From assembly GCF_039654945.1 (NCBI RefSeq), contig NW_027361784.1, positions 31,124,001 through 31,188,000 of the forward strand: a DNA stretch of 64,000 nucleotides, in the 5' to 3' direction. The position numbers and the translations under genes were made by a program. This document shows, piece after piece, positions 35,453 to 44,784 of the stretch. Each line of letters begins with the position of its first letter. Positions within the stretch are counted from its first letter, which is position 1. The notes under the pieces are model-generated. The model did no database searches. It was not told the origin of the DNA and saw only the letters and a program-made list of their open reading frames with translations. Source of the stretch: Dendrobates tinctorius. Its lineage: Eukaryota.

Positions 35453-38400
35453 AGTACCAAGAGTGGACCCACTGGACCGTGATTCTGAACCTCCCCCCGA
35501 GTGAGAGCACCAGGTTTGACCAACCCCTATACAGGGATCGTTTGGGAACAAGCTCAGTGGCCTCAAGAACTACAGATGCCAGGACCAGGGGTCGGCTCAG
35601 GGAACAAAAGCGTAAAACACGGAAAGATAACTAGAAGGGGAGGACCAGAGCCGGAGGGCACAATAGAGGTAAGGAGACGGAGGGAAGCCAGATGGAGAGG
35701 TAATGGGGCAGAGAGGAGAGAAGGTAAAACCGTTAGCTGACAGGGGAAGGCGTAGGTGGAAATGGTAGCTGGACGGAGATACAGACGGTAGCTGGACTTG
35801 AGGAGAGATGGGAGGCAGGCACCAGAGGGAACACGGGATGGGTTTGGATCCTGGAAGAGAGGGAGGAGAACAAGGGTTCAGTTCCTAGCTGTGCAGGGCA
35901 AGCAGTGGCAGCAAGGTGGCCTAAAATGTGGCATAAAGAACACGATAATCAGGCACCTCCACTAATGGAGGGCGGCCTGAAATACCCGGCATCTGTCCCC
36001 CATTGGGGGGACAGTTGCCTTTACCATAAGCCAACAACAGGTTGACTCGTTCCTACATGTGTAAATTGTCGTGAAACCTAGCTGTAAGTGTTCAATCTCC
36101 CTGCAGCGCCTCTACAGGTGAGTGAAGTATTACTCAATCCTCAATGGTCTGTACATTCAATGCAAGGACATGTTGGGTCCTCCAGATTAAGAGACGCTCT
36201 TTGTTGCCACTCTCCATTATGATTACTACAATGTAGCCTTAAAAAAGGGGATTCCTTTTTGAATTTTCTAATCAGGTGTTTCCCATGGGTTTTATAAATC
36301 AGAGAACCACTGTAACATTAGTAAAGATAGATGTGGAATATAAAAGCTCAGAAGCTTCCAAAATGAGGCACAATACTAAAGTCTCAAAATGGTGCGAGGA
36401 ATGCATGGATGCCCACGGGGCAGAATGGCTATTCCTTGGCCACCGTGAATTAGAAGGTCTGTAAGGTAGTTGTCCTAATATGATCTCACCAATAACAGCT
36501 GACCTGGCTATTCCTACTCTACTTTTTTGTACTTTGCCTAAATTAGTTTTTGTAGGCAGGAACTAGGAATAGAGAAGTTACTTTTCTCGCATCCTCTGAC
36601 CCATCTTTGCTCTCTGTGCTTAGGGAAGGGTTGTGCAAGTATTTCATATTGTGGTACAATATGGTTCTGACACGTACAACTACAGGCTGTACATCTTTAC
36701 CGCCGGTAATGGAGTAACGCATTGATCAGGTGCATTTCCACCTGGCAGCATCGGGTTCACCAAGGTGGACGCGGCTCTGCAAACTGGTTACAAAGAAAGG
36801 AGATCCACAGCATAGGAACCGTCTTAGGTCATAACAGAAAACATGGACAGGGATTGTTCTCCTAAATCAAACATTTTTTTTTAGTGAAGCCTCAGAGGTC
36901 AGAGAGTACCACCATTGTAAAAAAAAAAATCGGAAGTCATATGAAGGAAGAATAGAGAGGAAGGGAGAGGTGGAGAAAAGAAGTTGAGAGAAGAGAAAGA
37001 GGATTAGAGGAAGCCAAAAGAGCCTCTCCATTGCCTAAACTCTTGCTGATGAATACGGCCATGGTGGGGAGCGTGTCTACAGTCCAAATTTATGACCAAA
37101 GCCACGTCATTTCACGATCAGGAGAGAAGTCAACTTGCGTCTCCAATGTTCAATTATTCGTGTACTTTCACTACAACATCAATTCCACCCCTTGTGTTTG
37201 CCGAAAAAGGCACTAATAATATCAGAAGTCTCCAGAATGGGATATTGGGTCATTGGACCCACATTCTGGTGAGATTTACTGCTGTAATTTAGGCACAAAA
37301 ATGCACCTGAAATAAAACCAGCCTTGCATAGTTTCCAATGGTTTTCTTACTAAAGAGGTTCTTAAAGAGTAGGTAACATCAGAAAATGTCCTTTTTTGTA
37401 TTAAGTGATGTTTTTCCCTATTATAAAATGTATCAAATATAAAAAAAATGGAAATTTTTTGCAATTTTCACACTGAATACTGAGGCTTTTTTAGATTCTA
37501 ACATCTTGATGTTTTAGGAAACAATACATGTACAGACCCTGACACTATCTTTTGTATTAGTGCAAAGGTCATTGTGAAGGGACGGGGATATGGTCAGCTG
37601 TGACTTCGCTTGTTGTGATTGGTGGATCCTATTTTATCAGCTGTGTACGGAGTTGTTACCTGACATTCTTATCCTGGCTCTGCTGATAAGGAAACTGATG
37701 AAAACTCTTACTAAAATGAAAGGAAGTATGAATGTAAAAAGGCCCAGTGGCCAGTATAAAAATTGAAAGATTACTAATAATCAGATTTAAACAAGTAACT
37801 TTGTGGTGAAATCTTCCCTTCAAAATCATGTCATAAGGTGGAGTTATCAGCATGTATCCTGGCGTTTAAATGGATGGACGTTAAGAAAACAGTGCAAAAA
37901 AATCAGAGAAGAGGAAAAATGATTAAAACAGAAGAGTTTTAATTTTACTCTGCTCCCACACAGCAGTACAACACGCTTAATGGTTACAACCTATACATGA
38001 GGCAGAGGAGCTGATGGTTGCAGTTCTTCCTGGATAACATTATTTCTTGAATGGTCCAGAAAACAGCAATACACAAGTTCCAGAGCTTCCTCTTTCAGGC
38101 TACCATTGACTTCACAGAGACCGTGGGACACTGTTGACCTTACACAGGGAGTAGGTCATTATGGCTCTGGCACTGTCTTACCAAACTTAAAACAGAGGCC
38201 TAAGCTCAAGTCTTCTTCATTTCAGCTGAAAAATTCCTCTAATTATAGGTCTACCATGATTCAACCCCGTTTGGCTCCATCTCTCTCACTTCCCACTTTC
38301 ACACCGGCGGTACGGTCATTCCACACTGTTTCACCAGCGGTGAGAACAGAGCTTTGCAATCTGCTACCCTCCGTAGCTAGACTACCTCAGTGCACTGCTC

Positions 38401-38744
38401 TAGACGGAGAATGGTGGGGGCTTGGATTGCTTTCTGTGCCTGTGTAGGGTTCGAGCAGGCTCACAGGATGCAGTGACGAGACACGAGACTGAATGTGGGG
38501 TGAAATAAACTTTTATAAGTTTTAAAGCCGCAAGGGCTAAAACTGCTTAAATCAGACAAAAGGGGAAACACTTATTTGTCCTCGCAGGGACTCGTAAAAC
38601 AACATTAAAAAAACAAAAAGGGTCCTTATTTTCTCTATAATACACTTAGCCTTCCGGGCGTCGCTCGAGTTCACGACCACTCAGGGGTTGCAGATGTGGC
38701 TGCCTTGTAATCCACGACTTCCCGGAAGGACTTGTGCTTGTCCA

Positions 38745-39097
38745 GCCCCGAAGAGACCAGAACGATGGGGCGCAGCAGGCCCTTAAGAAACTGGACGGTG
38801 GGGCGCAACGGGCCCTGTAGTAACCGGAACGATGGGGCACAACAGGCCCTGAAGAAACCGGAACGATGGGGCACAACAGGCCCTGAAGAAACTGGGCGGT
38901 GGGGCGCAACGGGCCCTGAAGAAATGGGGTCGGTGGGGCACAACGGGCCCTGAAGAAGCTGGCACGGTGGGGCACAACAGGCCCTGAAGAAATGGGGTCG
39001 GTGGGGCACAACGGGCCCTGAAGAAGCTGGCACGGTGGGGCACAACAGGCCCTGAAGAAGTGGGGTCGGTGGGGCACAACGGGCCCTGAAGAAACTG
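38745..39097. repeat. 33-34 bp tandem array inside the 3' LTR (also at 45090-45442 in the 5' LTR)
   Basis: About 10 copies of ggtggggcacaac(a/g)ggccctgaagaa-N8. Confidence 0.92.
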
Positions 39098-39752
39098 TTC
39101 AGGGGGTCAATCTCCCAGGCGTCCGTTTAGAGGCGCTCGTTCCCCAGCCAGGTCATGACGCAGTTTCAAAAAAGACATAAACGTTAACAAATTCTGCTCA
39201 GTGTCCCCTCAGTAACCGGGACGGGCTCTGCGGCCGCCTATAGCGAGGTGACGTCCCCTGAGGTCGGTGATGACGGGGCCGCGGCTGTGGGAGAAGACAG
39301 GGGGGCAGTGTCCTGGCCACTGTACCGGATTGCTGTGTCGTCGCAGCGGTCGCCTGAGATCCCGGTCCTGTCACACCACGGAGGGAATCAGCGGCCGTCA
39401 CTTTATCTGAATCTTTGCGGGGGGAAACTCCCGGGGAGAGTCTCTTACGCGTCAACCTTCGGTAAGTCTCAAATTTCCCTTTTTCAATCTCCTGCCTGTC
39501 TCTCTTTTCCACACCGTCAGTTGCCACAGTCCTCTCTCTGCCGCACGGCTTCCTCTCTCCTGTCAGGCTCTCTGCCAACTGCCACCTCAGCGCGTCCCCT
39601 GCTCCTTTTACCCTCGCCCCGCCCCCTGTTGCCCTGACAACTTCAGTCGCATGTCTCCCTTTGTAATCCCCCTGATGTGGTTTCTTCAACAACCCTGATG
39701 GCGGTCCCCCTGGTTCTAGCCCAATCACTGTATGGGGGTCCTCCTCCCCACA

Positions 39753-39764
39753 TTCTCCCACCCT
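39753..39764 (-). promoter_or_regulatory. Polypurine tract
   Basis: AGGGTGGGAGAA immediately before the 3' LTR on the minus strand. Confidence 0.8.
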
Positions 39765-39798
39765 GTAAGCTCGCCAGTCCTCGGGCGAGGGTGTTAGT

Positions 39799-42700
39799 CT
39801 ATTGAGATTGGACTGTAAAGGTGTTTAATATTTGTTGCCATACGAACTGGTCTTGTTCATACCGTTCGGGGGGTTTGCCGGCTGTTGACCGCTCGGAGCG
39901 TCTAAGTTCGACTGGGGTGGAATCTTCTGGGGTGGTGGACGTCGGTGAGCTGCAAGATGCCGGTGGGTTAATTGTGTCAACTGGCTCATTATTGGGTGGA
40001 GGGCCCTTGGGAACTGGAGGGAAATCCTCGTCGTCTGAGTTCCAGCATATGGACTCCGGTTCGGATGTCTTCGGGACGGGTTCCAGTTGCTTCGGGTCGG
40101 AAGAAATACACAGGCGTAACATATTACGATGCACAATGCGAGTGGGCAGTGTTTCATCCTGCTCGGGCTGTATTTCATACACAGGTCCTTCTGAATGGAT
40201 ACGGCGTAGTACCCGATAAGGACTCTCTTCCCAACGTGACTCCAGTTTATTCTGGGGGCGTTGATCTAGTACAAGCACACGGTCCCCGCTTTGGAGATGG
40301 GGAGGGGAGGTTGTATTCTTCCCGGGGTGTTCCCAGTCTTGAAGTTTGGTATGTACAATTCGGTGAAGAGTTTGCAACCTGTGGCGATGATTTCGGACCC
40401 AAGACGACACTCCGGTCCAGGGCCGAGGCTCTTCGGGGTCCAACTCTACCTCCGTGATCCCTTTACCCTCTCGTCCGAACAGCAGGAAATAAGGAGTATA
40501 GCCCGTTACTCGATGTACCCGATTATTATAAACCCACACTAATTCAGAAACATATTCAGGCCAACGAGCTTTCTTGTCACTCTCCAGAGTGCGTAGCATT
40601 TGAATCAATGTCCGATTAAATCGCTCACAAGCCCCATTCCCTTGCGGGTGATATGGTGTGGTCCGGGATTTATCAATCCCATAAAGATGATGTAGTTCCT
40701 CCATAACTTTCCACAAAAAACATGCTCCCTGGTCGGAATGTATGCGTTGAGGACAGCCGTACACTTGTATAAAATTTCTGCAAATTACGGAGGCGGCTGA
40801 CTCCGCGGTCTGGTCTCGAGTAGGGGTGACCACAGCGAATTTAGTGAAATGATCCACCATGACGAGGCAGTGTTCGTATCCCTGGAATGCGGGACCAATG
40901 TGCAGATAATCCACCGTCAAGAGCTCCAAGGGTTCTGAAGTCACAATCGTCTGTGTTGCGGCCCTCTGAGCAGGCGGTTTGGCCAATTCACATAAGCGGC
41001 AAGTACGACAAACTTCGTCCACAACAGTCGACAAGCGTGGGTGATAAACTTTCTGTTGTAACCATTGCAAAGTCTTTTTGACTCCAAAGTGGGCCCCTTT
41101 TTCGTGAGCCTCTCGAGCCAGTTCGTGTAGTTGAGCTCCGGGCGTAACCACCTGCCAAACAGTCGTTGAGGTTGTTTGCGAAGTGATCTTACGGTACAGT
41201 AATCCACTTCGGATAATCAGTCTCTCCCATTGTCGCAGCATCAGCGACAGGTCTTGGGTCAAAGCTTGTCGTTGAGTGTCAGTGGGTAATTGACCAGCAG
41301 CGACCCATTTCCGGAGAAGTCCAACTTCTTCATCTTCTTGTTGCTGTTGTATCCACTTATTACGAGATTGTTCCAGGATGCCCCTGTGGGCCTCTGGGGA
41401 AGATACTTTTGCATCAACATTGGTGAGCACGGCAGCGGTAAGAGCGAACGGTATTTCCTCTCCTTCTAATTCTTCGTCTCGATTCTGTCCAGGAGTTGTA
41501 TGTCGAATCCTAGAGAGAGCATCTGCATGAACATTCTCGGCCCCTCTTTTGTAAATAATCTTGTAATTGTACTTTGCCATTCGGGCCACCCATCGCTGCT
41601 CCAAAGCCCCCAACTTGGCGTTTTCCAAATGAGCCAGTGGGTTATTGTCAGTTCGCACTACCACCTCGGAGCCCGCTAGGTACTCTGCGAATCTCTCCGT
41701 CATAGCCCACACCACTGCGAGGAGCTCGAGCTTAAAAGAGCTGTAATTGTCAGGGTTACGCTCGGAGTCATGGAGTGAACGGCTTCCATATGCGATCACC
41801 CTTTCCCGGCCATCCTGAACTTGTGACAACACAGCTCCTAGCCCGTGAAGACTCCCGTCAGTGTGCAGGATGAACGGCTGAGAAAAATCCGCATAAGCCA
41901 ACACTGGGGCATCCGAGAGTGCAGCCTTGAGATCTCGGAAGGCCTCTTCCTGAGGGTGTTGCCACTGGATTTTTCGCCCATTGGCCCCAGCGGGAGCCCC
42001 CTTCAGCAGGTCATGTAGGGCTCGAGCTCGACATGCAAAATTCTTTACGAAACGACGGTAATATCCAGCTAACCCCAGAAAAGCCCGCACGTCTTTCACC
42101 GTCTCGGGGGTAGGCCATTCCTGGATAGCAGCAATCTTCTCCCGGGATGGCCTCACACCTTCTGCCGAAACGACATGACCCAGATACTCAATCTGAGAGC
42201 GAAATAGGTGACATTTCTGAGGCTTCACCTTCAACCCGTACTTTTGCAGCCGGCTGAGTACCTGTCCCAACCGCTTCAGGTGGTCCTCGAAGGAGGCGGC
42301 ATAGACGATGATGTCGTCCAGGTAGATCAACGTGGCCTCAAAATTGAGATCCCCTAGACATCGCTCCATCAATCGCTGAAATGTCCCGGGGGCGTTGGCC
42401 AGCCCGAATGGCATTCGATTAAACTCAAACAGTCCCATGGGCACTATGAACGCCGTCTTAGCTCTGTCCTCTTCTGACATAGGCACCTGCCAGTACCCAC
42501 TGGCCAAGTCCAGGGTCGAAAAATATGTTGCTTTACCCAATGCAGACAGAGATTCTTCTATGCGGGGCAGTGGGTATGAGTCTTTAATAGTGCAAGCATT
42601 CAATTTACGATAATCCACACAGAATCGTAGTGTACCATCTTTCTTCCGAACCAACACGATGGGGGCCGCCCAAGGGCTTTGACTTTCCCGTATCACCCCT

Positions 42701-43929
42701 TTTTGTAGCATCTGAGCCAGCAAAGTTTTCACCTCCTGATAGAGTTGTGGCGGGATCTGTCGATATCGTTCTCGGATAGGGGCCGCTCCTGCTGTGGGGA
42801 TCTCATGAGTGATGGCGGTGGTACACCCAAAGTCGTCCTCATGACTAGCAAATACTTCATGGTACTGTCCCAGCAATGCTTTTACTTGTGAAAGTTGGGC
42901 CGCAGTTAGTCCAGAAAGCTCGGCCCGCATCTGCTCCAAAATATTTCGGCCCTTCTCTTGTGTCGAGACTTCGTGGGCCTGTAGGGTTCGTATTGTTTCC
43001 TCCCCGGGATCCTCGGGGTGTACTCGTAATTGAACCGCAGCAGCGGGCAGCACTTCTTCTAGAGGCTTTACTAGTTTGGCCAGTACAGTCCGTGCTTTCA
43101 GAATGATATCTCGGTCTTCAAGGTTAACGCAGCGGACCAGGGCGGTTCCTTTTCGCACCGTAGCGAGGGAACGGGCCACCAGTATGCCAGGAGGTAAGTG
43201 CTCTGAGTGACACGGCTCCACCTGCACCTCTACGCCTTCCAAAGGTATCGGGGCCCGAATTGGCAGGGCCACCACTGTCTGTCCAGGAGGCAGCACAAGC
43301 AGGGGTGCCGCTGTCGCGATGACCTTGCCCAGAGCCTCACCCTCCTGGCAGTCCCGATGCACCCGCGCACCTCGCACCAGCTGCTGGAATACCTGTCCCT
43401 GAGCTGTGCGAGAACCCCACTGCTTCAGTGTCCTTTGTGTGGGATCATTAAGCAACAGGTTACCAAACTCTTTTAAAATATTCATGCCTAGGGTGACGGG
43501 GTGTCGTTGATCAGCTTCTCCTTGAGTCAGCACCACCCCTCTGCGGCCGAGGGGTTTACCGCACAACGTCACCTGCACCCACACTACCCCGGCAACCGGA
43601 ACCGGCAGTTGGTTGGCGGCTACTAGTCTAATCATGGGCCCCCACTGAGGCCTTGCTGCCTCCGGAAAGTTTTGTTGAAAGTACGCTGCGGGCATAGTGG
43701 TTACTTGTGACCCCGTGTCCACCAGACACCGGACGGCCCGGCCCTCTACTTCTGCCCAAACTTCAGGACACTTTGCTACCAAATCTTCGGGACTTCCACC
43801 ACCCCTAGTTGTGGTTTTCGGCTCCGAGCGGCGTCCCCCCAGCCCGGAGCCCTTTAGTTTAATGGCCGCCGGGGTGGGTATCTCCCACGCCGCGGACACT
43901 CTCGGGCGAAGTGGCCTGGTTCTCCACAC
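39799..43929 (-). CDS. pol: Gypsy Pol polyprotein (protease, RT, RNase H, integrase), probably expressed by -1 frameshift from gag
   Basis: Uninterrupted 1376-codon ORF: LVDTGS, LRFCVDYRKLN, MPFGL, YLDD, TDGS/ELLA/TDNNPL, H..H..CRTC, VDHFTK/SDQG/ERFNRTL. Confidence 0.96.
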   Translation of the reverse strand: MWRTRPLRPRVSAAWEIPTPAAIKLKGSGLGGRRSEPKTTTRGGGSPEDLVAKCPEVWAEVEGRAVRCLVDTGSQVTTMPAAYFQQNFPEAARPQWGPMIRLVAANQLPVPVAGVVWVQVTLCGKPLGRRGVVLTQGEADQRHPVTLGMNILKEFGNLLLNDPTQRTLKQWGSRTAQGQVFQQLVRGARVHRDCQEGEALGKVIATAAPLLVLPPGQTVVALPIRAPIPLEGVEVQVEPCHSEHLPPGILVARSLATVRKGTALVRCVNLEDRDIILKARTVLAKLVKPLEEVLPAAAVQLRVHPEDPGEETIRTLQAHEVSTQEKGRNILEQMRAELSGLTAAQLSQVKALLGQYHEVFASHEDDFGCTTAITHEIPTAGAAPIRERYRQIPPQLYQEVKTLLAQMLQKGVIRESQSPWAAPIVLVRKKDGTLRFCVDYRKLNACTIKDSYPLPRIEESLSALGKATYFSTLDLASGYWQVPMSEEDRAKTAFIVPMGLFEFNRMPFGLANAPGTFQRLMERCLGDLNFEATLIYLDDIIVYAASFEDHLKRLGQVLSRLQKYGLKVKPQKCHLFRSQIEYLGHVVSAEGVRPSREKIAAIQEWPTPETVKDVRAFLGLAGYYRRFVKNFACRARALHDLLKGAPAGANGRKIQWQHPQEEAFRDLKAALSDAPVLAYADFSQPFILHTDGSLHGLGAVLSQVQDGRERVIAYGSRSLHDSERNPDNYSSFKLELLAVVWAMTERFAEYLAGSEVVVRTDNNPLAHLENAKLGALEQRWVARMAKYNYKIIYKRGAENVHADALSRIRHTTPGQNRDEELEGEEIPFALTAAVLTNVDAKVSSPEAHRGILEQSRNKWIQQQQEDEEVGLLRKWVAAGQLPTDTQRQALTQDLSLMLRQWERLIIRSGLLYRKITSQTTSTTVWQVVTPGAQLHELAREAHEKGAHFGVKKTLQWLQQKVYHPRLSTVVDEVCRTCRLCELAKPPAQRAATQTIVTSEPLELLTVDYLHIGPAFQGYEHCLVMVDHFTKFAVVTPTRDQTAESAASVICRNFIQVYGCPQRIHSDQGACFLWKVMEELHHLYGIDKSRTTPYHPQGNGACERFNRTLIQMLRTLESDKKARWPEYVSELVWVYNNRVHRVTGYTPYFLLFGREGKGITEVELDPEEPRPWTGVSSWVRNHRHRLQTLHRIVHTKLQDWEHPGKNTTSPPHLQSGDRVLVLDQRPQNKLESRWEESPYRVLRRIHSEGPVYEIQPEQDETLPTRIVHRNMLRLCISSDPKQLEPVPKTSEPESICWNSDDEDFPPVPKGPPPNNEPVDTINPPASCSSPTSTTPEDSTPVELRRSERSTAGKPPERYEQDQFVWQQILNTFTVQSQ

Positions 43930-44768
43930 TCATAACACCGGGCCGGTAGAGATTGACCACCTCGCGGAGAGCGTGACCCCCAGGGACCGGGATTAGCACT
44001 GGGTCGTCCAGTCTCCGGTTCGGTTCTTCTCTTTACTTCAGCCATCTCGCTCTTTATATTTTTCAATTCACGCTTCATCTCCTCCACCCATTGAGGTTCC
44101 TCAACTGTGTTCGAGGAGGCCTCCACACCTCGGACCTTCCCCACGGGGACCGCCATCCCCTGCTCTTGCTCCTGAACCCGTGCCTGACTTCCCACTTCTG
44201 AAAAGTCGATTTGGGGATTCATTCTGATCCGTTCCCTTAAAGCCTGCTTTATCAGTGGATCTCGCAGTCCAGTCACCAGTAGGTCACGTAGGGTTATGTC
44301 AACAGGTCCTACCCCTACCCCATCTTTTCTTTCAATAGCCGTATGCAACTCTTGGAGTACATTCATATACTGAGTAATCGTCTCCCCCTCTGCCTGCATC
44401 CGGCTAAACAGTCGGGTCCTTAACTCTCCCACATTAGTGGGATCCCCGTGGGTCTGTTCCACTATCTGCAACACCTTTTCAAAAGTGTTGCGGTGCCCCG
44501 GGGGTTTCAACATCACTGACCTCCGCACCTCCCCGTCTAGGGCCATGAGTGCCACTTCAGCTTCCAGGTCAGGGGTCATTGGGTGCATCCGAAAAAGCCC
44601 CCTCATCCTCTCTGTCCAGCTCCATAGCATAGTATTTGAGCCAGAGAATCTAGGCAGGTTGTTCAACATGGCCCCCAATGAGATGCTGGTACGGGGACCC
44701 TCATTATTTACAGAGCTTACAGCTCCCCCATGTTCGGGGCTACCACTGTCCGCGCTCGGAGACTGCAT
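43854..44768 (-). CDS. gag: Gypsy Gag (capsid plus CCHC zinc knuckle)
   Basis: 304-aa ORF with Q.EGETI..Y and CYECGEPGHFAREC; overlaps pol, which is in the -1 frame. Confidence 0.93.
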   Translation of the reverse strand: MQSPSADSGSPEHGGAVSSVNNEGPRTSISLGAMLNNLPRFSGSNTMLWSWTERMRGLFRMHPMTPDLEAEVALMALDGEVRRSVMLKPPGHRNTFEKVLQIVEQTHGDPTNVGELRTRLFSRMQAEGETITQYMNVLQELHTAIERKDGVGVGPVDITLRDLLVTGLRDPLIKQALRERIRMNPQIDFSEVGSQARVQEQEQGMAVPVGKVRGVEASSNTVEEPQWVEEMKRELKNIKSEMAEVKRRTEPETGRPSANPGPWGSRSPRGGQSLPARCYECGEPGHFARECPRRGRYPPRRPLN

Positions 44769-44784
44769 CCTGCCGACTACGCCA
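44767..44784 (-). promoter_or_regulatory. Primer binding site, tRNA-Ser
   Basis: TGGCGTAGTCGGCAGGAT, 2 nt after the 5' LTR, is complementary to the vertebrate tRNA-Ser(AGA/TGA) 3' end ATCCTGCCGACTACGCCA. Confidence 0.9.

Noticed and set aside
38646-39761. ORFs of 100-190 aa in the LTRs (duplicated at 44991-46073), considered as an env or accessory gene
   Set aside because: They come from the GC-rich tandem array and LTR sequence, with no signal peptide, transmembrane segment or fusion motif.
44767-44784. tRNA-Ser gene
   Set aside because: Only the 18-nt 3' end including CCA is present; this is the PBS.
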